A stretch of 64,000 bases of DNA from Candidatus Woesearchaeota archaeon (GTDB taxonomy: Archaea; Nanobdellota; Nanobdellia; Woesearchaeales; ARS49), in NCBI GenBank assembly GCA_038891615.1, contig JAWADY010000001.1:32001-96000 (forward strand), given 5' to 3'. The notes beneath the pieces were generated by a model that ran no database searches, was not told the DNA's origin, and saw only the letters and a list, made by a program, of their open reading frames with translations. Below, in pieces: positions 1 to 7,879 of the stretch (its first letter is position 1; each line of letters opens with the position of its first letter). The position numbers and the translations under genes are program-made.

Positions 1-1
1 C

Positions 2-421
2 GGTTCGCACATTGGTTATTTTTCCGGTATAACCACACTTGTTCCTGTACTTTCCTCTGCGCTGCGTTTTGGAAAGTCTCCATGGAGCGTTTTTCCACCA
101 AGCTTTTGGATTGCTCTTGCTTTGATTTTTGTTTCATCGCTAATAATATTCTTCTTAAAAAAATCTCTTAGCGAAGGGCTTCGCGCAATTGGAATGATGA
201 CAATGATTCCAGGCTTTTTTGCAGTTCTCTTTGGAATCATAAGTCAGGAAGAGGTCTTTTCTGCGCTGAATGCCAAATTTGTCGGTTTCTCTGTCATCCA
301 ACCTTATGTTAAGCTTTTCGTTGAGCACACTGTACCAAAAACTCTTGTAGTAGGGATACTTTACATATTAATTGGTCACCTCATCTGGAGGATAGGTGTT
401 AGACTCAGTCAAGGGTTTTAG
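2..421 (+). CDS. hypothetical multi-pass membrane protein, 5'-truncated by the window edge
   Basis: Frame is open from base 2 (GSHIGYFSG...) to TAG at 419-421; several hydrophobic segments; ORF track lists only 122..421. Confidence 0.7.
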   Translation, partial: GSHIGYFSGITTLVPVLSSALRFGKSPWSVFPPSFWIALALIFVSSLIIFFLKKSLSEGLRAIGMMTMIPGFFAVLFGIISQEEVFSALNAKFVGFSVIQPYVKLFVEHTVPKTLVVGILYILIGHLIWRIGVRLSQGF

Positions 422-434
422 TTCTATTGAGAAA

Positions 435-965
435 TCAGTATTCTATCCCTTTTCGTGCCACAATCTTTTTTGGCATCTTCAAAGTCACAAACTCTGTCAC
501 ATAATCCGCTGCTCTTATAAGTCCTTTTGGTGCAAAACGTCCTGTGATATAGACTGTTGTTTTTGGAGGAACATTCTTAAGAATTTTAAGTACTTCATTG
601 AGTGGCACAAGTTTGAATGCGACTGCGAGAGCAAGCTCATCAAGCACAAGAAGATGAGGTTTGCGCTTAAGACACTCCGCTGCAAACTTTAGGCCTTTGC
701 GCGCAAGCTCAATGTCAATTTTTGACGGATTGTGCAGATCAACCCACCCAACTCGACCAAACTGATGCACCTCGTAATAAGGCTTGAGTCTTTCCATTAT
801 TTTGTATTCCCCTATGTCCTTTCTGCCTTTTAGAAACTGTATGATTATGACCTTTTTCTTATGACCAACTGAGCGAAGAGCAACGCCTAGGCTTGATGTT
901 GTTTTGCCAGCACCTGTGCCTGTCCAAAGATAAATCGTACCTCTTTTTTTTGCTTTTTTTGGCAT
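435..965 (-). CDS. cobO: cob(I)alamin adenosyltransferase (CobA/CobO/BtuR family)
   Basis: WTGTGAGKTTSSLG P-loop, IIQFLKG, LVLDE, ITGR and terminal ARKGIEY motifs. Confidence 0.92.
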   Translation of the reverse strand: MPKKAKKRGTIYLWTGTGAGKTTSSLGVALRSVGHKKKVIIIQFLKGRKDIGEYKIMERLKPYYEVHQFGRVGWVDLHNPSKIDIELARKGLKFAAECLKRKPHLLVLDELALAVAFKLVPLNEVLKILKNVPPKTTVYITGRFAPKGLIRAADYVTEFVTLKMPKKIVARKGIEY

Positions 966-1022
966 AAAGTGATAATTTTCGGCTATTATAAATAATTTTC
1001 CACGATTATGCGCTTACAAAAG

Positions 1023-1030
1023 TTTAAATA
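1023..1030 (+). promoter_or_regulatory. archaeal TATA box upstream of the glutaredoxin-trxB pair
   Basis: TTTAAATA preceded by a purine-rich BRE-like run; SD GGAGGTG at 1060-1066 before ATG 1071. Confidence 0.55.
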
Positions 1031-1070
1031 GAACTATGACAAGCCTATTTAAACTTAAAGGAGGTGCAGC

Positions 1071-1313
1071 ATGCCAAAGGTTAAGATTTACACAACACCA
1101 ACCTGTCCATACTGTGCAATGGCAAAAGCTTTCTTTAAGGAAAACAAAATTCCTTATGAAGAGATTGACGTTGCATCGAACCAAAAGGCACTCGATGAGA
1201 TGGTCTCTAAGTCAGGGCAGATTGGTGTGCCGGTTATTGAAATCGATGGAAAAATAATAATAGGCTTTGATAGGCCTGCTCTTGCAAAAGCGTTAAAGCT
1301 TGAGCAGAAGTGA
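1071..1313 (+). CDS. glutaredoxin-like protein (NrdH/YruB family)
   Basis: CPYC active site, GVPVI and IIGFD motifs; strong SD. Confidence 0.9.
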   Translation: MPKVKIYTTPTCPYCAMAKAFFKENKIPYEEIDVASNQKALDEMVSKSGQIGVPVIEIDGKIIIGFDRPALAKALKLEQK

Positions 1314-1329
1314 CCCTTGCTAGCCAAAA

Positions 1330-2307
1330 ATGAGAAGAACGAATGGCTTGTTAAAAAAGCAAGGTTCAAAAAGCAAAGCAAGAGAAAAGGTTTACGACCT
1401 CATTATTATTGGTGCAGGTCCTGCTGGAATTGCAGCGGCAATCTACTGCGCAAGGCAAAAGCTCGATTTCGTGATTCTATCAAAGGATGTTGGTGGACAG
1501 ACATTGCTGAGCTCTGATGTTGAAAACTATCTCGGATTCCACTTTTTGTCAGGAGCTGATTTAGTAAAAAAATTCAGAGAGCACATTGCTGATTATGGCA
1601 TAGAAATTAGAGAGGGGGAGTCTGTCATAAAATTGGCTAGGAAAGGTAATGTGTTTTGGGTAAAAAGCAATAGGGGAATTTACAAAGCGCGAACAATCCT
1701 CATCGCAACTGGTAAAAAGCCCAAGAAACTTAATGTGCCTGGTGAGGATTCCCTTTATGGCAAAGGAGTTACCTTTTGCGCGACATGTGATGCACCCCTT
1801 TTCAAAGGCAAAGATGTTGCTGTGGTAGGTGGTGGTAATTCTGCAATGGATGCTGCGCTTTTTGCAGCTAAATATTCACCAAAAGTATACCTTGTGACAA
1901 TAAATCCTGCACTTGAGGGGGAGAAGGGCTTGATGCAAAAGGTTCTTTCCAACAAGAAAATAACAGTACTATACAATGCTATTACAAAAGCAATTCTTGG
2001 CAAAGATTTTGTTGATGGTATTATTATTGAACAGGATGGCAAGACTAAAAGGCTTTCTGTGCAAGGTGTTTTTGTTGAAATAGGGCTAATTCCAAGCTCT
2101 GATATTGTCAAAGGAATGGTCAAGCTTAATAAAAAAGGCGAAATCATTGTTAATAAAAATAATATGACGAGCGTTCCAGGAATATTTGCAGCAGGGGATG
2201 TAACAAACGTTTGCGAAAAGCAGATTTTGGTTGCAGCTGGAGAGGGTGCAAAAGCTGCTCTTGACATAATAAAATACTTGCAGAAGAAACCTGCTCAGAC
2301 TTATTAA
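1330..2307 (+). CDS. trxB: thioredoxin-disulfide reductase
   Basis: GAGPAG FAD motif, CATCD redox motif, GGGNSA NADPH motif, TSVPGIFAAGD. Confidence 0.93.
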   Translation: MRRTNGLLKKQGSKSKAREKVYDLIIIGAGPAGIAAAIYCARQKLDFVILSKDVGGQTLLSSDVENYLGFHFLSGADLVKKFREHIADYGIEIREGESVIKLARKGNVFWVKSNRGIYKARTILIATGKKPKKLNVPGEDSLYGKGVTFCATCDAPLFKGKDVAVVGGGNSAMDAALFAAKYSPKVYLVTINPALEGEKGLMQKVLSNKKITVLYNAITKAILGKDFVDGIIIEQDGKTKRLSVQGVFVEIGLIPSSDIVKGMVKLNKKGEIIVNKNNMTSVPGIFAAGDVTNVCEKQILVAAGEGAKAALDIIKYLQKKPAQTY

Positions 2308-2352
2308 AAAGAACTTTAAAATAAACTCCAAACACTGCATGCAAGGTGAGAA

Positions 2353-3327
2353 ATGGGAATGAAATACCATGTTGTGACAGTTGGTTCTGCAACTGTTGAT
2401 CTATTTGCCAGGATGACAAAGCGGTTTAGCGAGCCAAAGCCAGGAGACAAAGTACTTTTAGATTTCATCGACATAGAGGTTGGCGGAGGAGGGGTAAATC
2501 CAGCAATTGCTCTTTCACGAATGGGCTTGCGCACAGCGTTTTTAGGAAAGCTGGGTTCTGACCATAATGCTGATGAGATTGTGCGAACACTTGTGATGGA
2601 GGGTGTTGAACTTTTGAATCAGAAGATTTCAAAATTAAAGACTGCTTTCTCAATTATTTTGACAAGCAAAAAGGAAGCAGACAGGATACTTTATACCTAC
2701 AAGGGTGCTAGCAACGACCTTGGCTATGATGAAGTGGATGAGCGCGCCTTAGCAAATACAGATTGGATATACCTTGCAACAATGCTCGGAAAATCTTTTA
2801 AGACTGCTGAAAAAATAGCTCAATTTGCAAAGCAAAATGGCATAAATCTGCTATTCAACACAAGTCTTTATCTAGCTTCAATGGGAGCTAGCTATCTTTC
2901 AAAAATCCTCGAAGCTGCTTCGGTTCTAATCCTCAACAGAGAAGAAGCTGCAGTTTTGCTTGACAAACGGCAATCAACGCCTGTCAGAACGCTCCTAAAC
3001 GGCCTTGCTGCGCTTGGACCGCGAATATGTATTGTTACAGATGGTGCAAGAGGAGTTCACGCCTTTGATGGTGGTTGTTATTATTTTATGAAGCCTTATA
3101 GGGTGAAAGTTGTGAGTACTGCAGGCGCAGGTGATGCCTTTAATTCTGGTCTTCTCGCTGGCCTAATTAGGACGAGTAGTCTTGAAACAGCAATCAAGGT
3201 AGGAATGGCAAACGCAGCATCCGTAATTAAATATTGGGGAACAAAAAATAGGCTGCTTAGCTGGTCAGAAGCGCTGCAATTCATCAGAAAGCACACTGAA
3301 AGCGTGCTAAAAACAGTCTGCCAATGA
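2353..3327 (+). CDS. PfkB/ribokinase family carbohydrate kinase
   Basis: GGGGVNPA..LSRMG, NREEA, TDGARG, STAGAGDAF signature. Confidence 0.9.
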   Translation: MGMKYHVVTVGSATVDLFARMTKRFSEPKPGDKVLLDFIDIEVGGGGVNPAIALSRMGLRTAFLGKLGSDHNADEIVRTLVMEGVELLNQKISKLKTAFSIILTSKKEADRILYTYKGASNDLGYDEVDERALANTDWIYLATMLGKSFKTAEKIAQFAKQNGINLLFNTSLYLASMGASYLSKILEAASVLILNREEAAVLLDKRQSTPVRTLLNGLAALGPRICIVTDGARGVHAFDGGCYYFMKPYRVKVVSTAGAGDAFNSGLLAGLIRTSSLETAIKVGMANAASVIKYWGTKNRLLSWSEALQFIRKHTESVLKTVCQ

Positions 3328-3344
3328 GCCAGCGTTAAGAGCCT

Positions 3345-4148
3345 TCAGCCAAGCTGCTTCAATGCCCTGTCAACGTCTTGCCCTTCAAAAATTATTTTCT
3401 TTATCGCCCTTGTAATTCTAAGCGGGTTGCTATGGCTCCAAACATTTCTTCCAACAGCAATTCCAGCAGCACCTGCTGACATTGCTTCTGAAGTCATTTG
3501 GAGAAATTCTCTGTCAGGCATTGGCTCTCCTCCAGCCACAACAACCCTTGCTTTTCCAGCATTTGCTACAACCCATTTAAAGCCAAGAACATCACGATTA
3601 TATTTTACCTTGACGATATCTGCACCTAGCTCAAGTCCTGCTCTTGCTGCATGTGCTATCACATCTGTAGAAAACTCATTGACAACAGAAGAGCCACGCG
3701 GGTACATCCATCCAATGACAGGAATACCACTGTTGTGTGCTTCTTCGACAATATTTCCGAACTCTTTAAACATCTGCCCTTCGTGATGACTACCGACATA
3801 AATGGTATAACCAACAGCGTCCGCGCCAAGCTTTAATGCGCGTTTAACAGAGCAGTGCTGTAACGATAGGGGTTCTGTCTTTGCAATGCTTGTTCTGCCA
3901 TTCAACTTTATGATAAGTGGCACTTTTTTTATCGTGCCATAATACTTTTCAGCAATGCCTGGCTGAAGGACGACGCCACTGTAGCCTCCTTTCTCTGCTA
4001 TTTCTATTATTCGTTCTGGCTTACAATTTTCGAGATTGAAATCCGCAGATGGGCCATGTTCAAGCCCATGATCATAGGCAAGAAAGATTGCCTTTCCTTC
4101 CCTTAAAATCTTATACAGCCTTACCATTTTCCTCTTTTTGACACTCAA
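3345..4148 (-). CDS. class I (DhnA/archaeal-type) fructose-bisphosphate aldolase; start may be ATG 4127
   Basis: LAYDHGLEHGP, WMYPRG, AARAGLELGADIVKVKY Schiff-base Lys, GIAVGRNVW. Confidence 0.92.
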   Translation of the reverse strand: MSVKKRKMVRLYKILREGKAIFLAYDHGLEHGPSADFNLENCKPERIIEIAEKGGYSGVVLQPGIAEKYYGTIKKVPLIIKLNGRTSIAKTEPLSLQHCSVKRALKLGADAVGYTIYVGSHHEGQMFKEFGNIVEEAHNSGIPVIGWMYPRGSSVVNEFSTDVIAHAARAGLELGADIVKVKYNRDVLGFKWVVANAGKARVVVAGGEPMPDREFLQMTSEAMSAGAAGIAVGRNVWSHSNPLRITRAIKKIIFEGQDVDRALKQLG

Positions 4149-4220
4149 ATTGTATTATCATGTTGCTTTTATAAAGTTTTTTACCAAAAAATTTTTAATC
4201 CTGCCTTTTTCCTTTTCTTT

Positions 4221-4874
4221 ATGTTTACAAAAAAAGAGCTTGCTAGCCGTATTGATGCCTCAATTCTAAGGCCCGATGTGACAATATCCGAGCTAAAACG
4301 CTTTTGCACTCAAGCAAAAAAATATGGCTTTCATTCTGTTGCAGTCAATTCAATAAATGTTGCAAGTGCCAAGGCTTTTTTAAGAGGCAGTCCTGTTCGC
4401 GTTACTTCAACAATTGGGTATCCTCTTGGAGCAGTGCCAACAAAAGTAAAACTTGAAGAAGTCAGAATCGCGATTGCAGCAGGAGCGGATGAACTTGATG
4501 TAGTTATGAACATTGGCGCTTTAAAGTCAAAACAATACGACAGGGTTCGTAAGGATCTAGAGGCAGTTGTAAAAGCCGCGCGCGGGAGGATTGTTAAAGT
4601 AATAATTGAAACCGGATTGTTGAGTGAGGAGGAAATAATAGCTGCCTGCAAGTGCGTCAAGGAAGCTGGAGCGCAGTTTGTGAAGAGTGGCACCGGTTGG
4701 GGTCCTGCAGTTACTGTAAAAGACATAAAGCTGATAAGAAAAACTGTTGGTCCTGGATTTGGGGTAAAGGCAGCTGGCGGCATTCGCACAGCCAGGCAAG
4801 CCTTTGCTCTTCTAAAGGCTGGTGCTGACAGGCTTGGGATAAGTGCAGCGGCAAAAATTGTTGATGAGCTTTAA
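4221..4874 (+). CDS. deoC: deoxyribose-phosphate aldolase
   Basis: IGYPLG, GADELDVV, KVIIET, FVKSGTG, GVKAAGGIR motifs. Confidence 0.93.
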   Translation: MFTKKELASRIDASILRPDVTISELKRFCTQAKKYGFHSVAVNSINVASAKAFLRGSPVRVTSTIGYPLGAVPTKVKLEEVRIAIAAGADELDVVMNIGALKSKQYDRVRKDLEAVVKAARGRIVKVIIETGLLSEEEIIAACKCVKEAGAQFVKSGTGWGPAVTVKDIKLIRKTVGPGFGVKAAGGIRTARQAFALLKAGADRLGISAAAKIVDEL

Positions 4875-5037
4875 TAAGAAAAAATCTTTTTGTTGAAAAA
4901 AACGTTGCTATGGAAATATTTATAAACAAAAAAGCTTTTCTTACTTTGACCAAAGGGGGATTTTTTTAGTTGGAGACCTCCAAACTAATGAGATTTCTTA
5001 AAGCAATGCTTAAAAACTATTCAAACATTCCTTTCTA

Positions 5038-5109
5038 GGGCCCTTAGCTCAGCAGTAGAGCGCATCGTTCGCTGCGATGAGGCCGCGGGTGCGAATCCCG
5101 CAGGGTCCA
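5038..5109 (+). tRNA. tRNA-Ala(CGC)
   Basis: Cloverleaf GGGCCCT/AGGGTCC with G3:U70; anticodon stem CATCG/CGATG, loop TT-CGC-TG; discriminator A. Confidence 0.88.
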
Positions 5110-5174
5110 TAAAGTTTGTTTTCATACAACTTCGAGATAGTTTTTTAAACGAAATTTTATTTCAGAGCCTTTGC

Positions 5175-5258
5175 GGGCCGGTGGCGTAATGGTATCGTGC
5201 TCCCTTGGCTTTGAAACCAGAAAGGGAGAGACTCCGGGTTCGAATCCCGGCCGGTCCA
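5175..5258 (+). tRNA. tRNA-Ala(GGC) with 12-nt intron at 37/38 (5211-5222)
   Basis: GGGCCGG/CCGGTCC with G3:U70; CTCCC/GGGAG stem; BHB helix TTGG/CCAG; TTCGAAT T-loop. Confidence 0.88.
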
Positions 5259-5386
5259 TCACGCTTTGAAAACTTTAGCCACAACCCGAAAAATCAAAGC
5301 TTGCCAGAAACAGCAGATTTACAATGAATCTAATCTAATCACAATATTTAAATATATTGCCACGAAATTTTACTTTTGGGTAAAAA

Positions 5387-6025
5387 GTGATAAAAGCAGT
5401 TTTGTTTGATTTTTGGGGAACTATTGTGGAAAATGGAACCTTTTCTCCACTCAGACAGACTTATGTAATCCTCCGTGTAAACATGCCTTTTTCATCTTTT
5501 GTCCAGCGCTTCGAGGAGGCTTTTATGACAAAAAAATTTGAGGACCTCTCAAGCGCGCTTAAATCTGCAATTGGAGCATTTCCAGGCTTGGAACCAAGCC
5601 CTTTTGTCATTGAAAAGTTGATTGGAATTTGGAACAAAAACAGGCTTTTGGCAAAACCTTTCCCAGAAACAACTGCTGTGCTTGAAGAGCTAAAGACAAA
5701 AGGGTTAAAGATTGGGCTAATCTCAAATGCAGATTGCTTTAGCATCGAGCCTCTGTTAGAAAGGTTTGACCTTGCAAAATACTTTGATGCAATGCATCTA
5801 TCATGGCAGACTGGGTTTCTAAAAACAAATCCAAAATCATTTGAGATTCTGCTTAGACAACTTGGTGTTTCAAAAGATGAGACACTAATGGTTGGTGATA
5901 GCCTTGAAACAGACATCGAAGGCGCTAGAAAGGCCGGAATACGGGCAATTCTTATTGACAGAAAGGGGAAAAGGGATTATCCGAATAAGATAGGCAACCT
6001 AAATGAACTCATGAGGTTCTTGTGA
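5387..6025 (+). CDS. HAD-superfamily hydrolase
   Basis: LFDFWGT motif I, ISN motif II, K..P motif III, MVGDSLETDI motif IV. Confidence 0.88.
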   Translation: MIKAVLFDFWGTIVENGTFSPLRQTYVILRVNMPFSSFVQRFEEAFMTKKFEDLSSALKSAIGAFPGLEPSPFVIEKLIGIWNKNRLLAKPFPETTAVLEELKTKGLKIGLISNADCFSIEPLLERFDLAKYFDAMHLSWQTGFLKTNPKSFEILLRQLGVSKDETLMVGDSLETDIEGARKAGIRAILIDRKGKRDYPNKIGNLNELMRFL

Positions 6026-6027
6026 AA

Positions 6028-6435
6028 ATGTCTGATTGCATTTTCTGCAAAATAATCAAAAAAGAAATTCCTGCAAACATTGTTTATGAAAACGACAAAG
6101 TAATTGCATTTTTAGACATAAGGCCAATAAACACAGGGCACATGCTTGTTGTGCCAAAGACTCATAATGTCAACCTTTTAGACACCCCAGAAGACATTCT
6201 TTGCGAATTAGCAATTGCAACAAAAAAGATTTCAGCAGCCGTAATCAAAGCAGTTGGCGCGCAAGGCTTTAACATTGGAATGAATAACGGCAAAGCAGCA
6301 GGTCAGCTCGTCATGCACGCACATTTGCACATAATCCCAAGATTTCCAAACGATGGACTTAGGCACTGGCCTGGAAAGGAAAGTTCAAAAGAAGAGCTTG
6401 AAGCTATAGCCAAAGAAATAGTTAAGCTTTTATAA
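6028..6435 (+). CDS. HIT family nucleotide hydrolase
   Basis: DCIFCKI N-terminus and HAHLHIIPR histidine triad. Confidence 0.93.
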   Translation: MSDCIFCKIIKKEIPANIVYENDKVIAFLDIRPINTGHMLVVPKTHNVNLLDTPEDILCELAIATKKISAAVIKAVGAQGFNIGMNNGKAAGQLVMHAHLHIIPRFPNDGLRHWPGKESSKEELEAIAKEIVKLL

Positions 6436-6462
6436 ACACTTTTTCTTGTTTTGACTAAAAAA

Positions 6463-6536
6463 GCCGGTGTAGCTCAGCCTGGCAGAGCGACGGTCTCATA
6501 ATCCGTAGGTCATGGGTTCAAATCCCATCACCGGCA
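6463..6536 (+). tRNA. tRNA-Met(CAT), elongator type
   Basis: GCCGGTG/CACCGGC acceptor; anticodon CT-CAT-AA; U31-U39; lacks the initiator A1:U72 and three G:C anticodon-stem pairs. Confidence 0.88.
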
Positions 6537-6542
6537 CGTAAT

Positions 6543-6637
6543 GCCGCCGTGGCACAATGGTACTGCGCGGGACTGGAGACAAAGTTCAGCAATCCCGTTC
6601 CCGAAAGGGTTTCCCGGTTCGATTCCGGGCGGCGGCG
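6543..6637 (+). tRNA. tRNA-Ser(GGA) with 13-nt intron at 37/38 (6579-6591)
   Basis: GCCGCCG/CGGCGGC, discriminator G, long variable arm CCC-GAAA-GGG, CGGGA/TCCCG stem. Confidence 0.9.
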
Positions 6638-6698
6638 TTTTCGCACAACGCTAATTCACGAAAGCTTTAAAACAGCCCTCTTTCTTTCAAATGCGTTA

Positions 6699-6808
6699 GC
6701 CCCTGTAGTCTAGCCCGGTCAAGGATACAGCCCTCTCGGCGTGTTTGCCAAACAAAAAGTACAAACGTGAGAAAGGCTGTGACGCGGGTTCAAATCCCGC
6801 CGGGGGCA
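6699..6808 (+). tRNA. tRNA-Glu(CTC) with 35-nt intron at 37/38 (6739-6773)
   Basis: GCCCCTG/CGGGGGC, CAGCC/GGCTG stem, CT-CTC-G, TTCAAAT T-loop. Confidence 0.88.
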
Positions 6809-6908
6809 TTAAAAACAACTTTTAGTTTCAATGCCACTATTCAAGCCAACTCACTGATTTTAAAAGATGCAGAACATTTATAAGGAAGCCACATTTTTTT
6901 AATTAAAA

Positions 6909-7019
6909 ATGAAGCGAAGCTCAAGGCGGTGGAAAAAAAAGAGGCAAATGCGTTGGAAGTGGCAGCGCAAGCGCATGAAGAAAGAGAAGCGAAAGCGCAA
7001 GGCAATGGCTGCAAAGTAA
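6909..7019 (+). CDS. rpl41e: ribosomal protein L41e (eL41/eS32), 36 aa; below the ORF-track size cutoff
   Basis: Manual translation MKRSSRRWKKKRQMRWKWQRKRMKKEKRKRKAMAAK; W-K-K-K-x-x-M-R-W-K-W pattern of long archaeal L41e; TTTATAA box upstream. Confidence 0.8.
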   Translation: MKRSSRRWKKKRQMRWKWQRKRMKKEKRKRKAMAAK

Positions 7020-7036
7020 GCATGCGCTTGGATTTA

Positions 7037-7124
7037 TGGGCCGAGGCGGATTCGAACCGCCGACCTCCACCTTTCATAGACATTGCTTGTAAGGGTGGTG
7101 TCATAACCACTAGACCATCGGCCC
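7037..7124 (-). tRNA. tRNA-Val(TAC) with 15-nt intron at 37/38 (7073-7087)
   Basis: Reverse complement GGGCCGA...CCACC-CT-TAC-A[intron]A-GGTGG...TTCGAAT...TCGGCCC-A. Confidence 0.9.
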
Positions 7125-7237
7125 TTATCGTGTTAAAGCAGCTTGTTTAAAAAGCCTTTCCCATGACCTTAGTAACAAAACTTTTATTTGACTGCAACAT
7201 AAATATTTAAAAAGAGAAGAAAACAAAGCTTTCTTGA

Positions 7238-7342
7238 GGGCCCGTAGCTTAGCCTGGTTATAGCGACGGTCTTATATGGCATTGCTATAAACAAAATGCC
7301 TAGGCGAGCCGTAGGTCTGGAGTTCAAATCTCCACGGGCCCA
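7238..7342 (+). tRNA. tRNA-Ile(TAT) with 30-nt intron at 37/38 (7277-7306)
   Basis: GGGCCCG/CGGGCCC-A Ile-type acceptor; ACGGT-CT-TAT-A[intron]A-GCCGT; BHB with CTTA/TAGG helix and GGCATT/AATGCC outer helix. Confidence 0.88.
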
Positions 7343-7366
7343 TATAACTTCAAATGGAGGGTAAAA

Positions 7367-7627
7367 ATGGAAAAGCTTGACCTTTACACAAGCGACCAAG
7401 AATTTGTAAAGTATTTGAACGAGCACGGCTACCACCTTGAAGATGCGTGCGGTGCAGGAGTTGTTGTTTTTTCAGTGGTTGATGAATCCCTATACAAAGT
7501 AATCGAAGAAAAAAAGTTTAGTGCCGAAATTCGCGACACCAAAGGTAGTTTTGTAAGGGTGTATAACAAAGGGAAGCCCCTTTCAGATTCGGAGCTTGAA
7601 AACAGACTTAAAGGGCTCTCAAAGTGA
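7367..7627 (+). CDS. hypothetical protein (86 aa)
   Basis: ORF with SD GGAGGG directly after tRNA-Ile; no recognisable motif. Confidence 0.65.
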   Translation: MEKLDLYTSDQEFVKYLNEHGYHLEDACGAGVVVFSVVDESLYKVIEEKKFSAEIRDTKGSFVRVYNKGKPLSDSELENRLKGLSK

Positions 7628-7752
7628 CCACTTGCGCGCGAGCTCCAAACATTAAGAAGCAACTGTTACAGAAATTTATCTTAACGCAATGTAACATTTC
7701 TAAAAAAAGTTTAAATAGATTTTAAACAATCATTGTTCTCTGTCTGAGACTT

Positions 7753-7823
7753 GCGCCTGTGGTTTAGTGGTAGCACGTGACCTTGCCAAGGTCAAGGCGC
7801 GGGTTCGATTCCCGCCAGGCGCA
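7753..7823 (+). tRNA. tRNA-Gly(GCC)
   Basis: GCGCCTG/CAGGCGC-A, TGACC-TT-GCC-AA-GGTCA, TTCGATT. Confidence 0.93.
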
Positions 7824-7879
7824 TTCAGTAGTTAACGAGGCCAAAAGATTATTAAGCCCAAAGAGACAAATACCAAGCA

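Noticed and set aside
6463-6536. CAT tRNA as Ile2 or initiator Met
   Set aside because: The GCC-starting acceptor and U31-U39 fit elongator Met; it lacks initiator features and the GGGCCC Ile-type acceptor.
6841-7435. ORFs 6841..7110(-), 6929..7150(+) and 7184..7435(-)
   Set aside because: They overlap tRNA-Val, tRNA-Ile and the L41e frame; shadow ORFs.
7664-7696. TGTTACA/TGTAACA inverted repeat upstream of tRNA-Gly, and a hairpin near 4966-4989
   Set aside because: Single short occurrences that could arise by chance; no supporting context.
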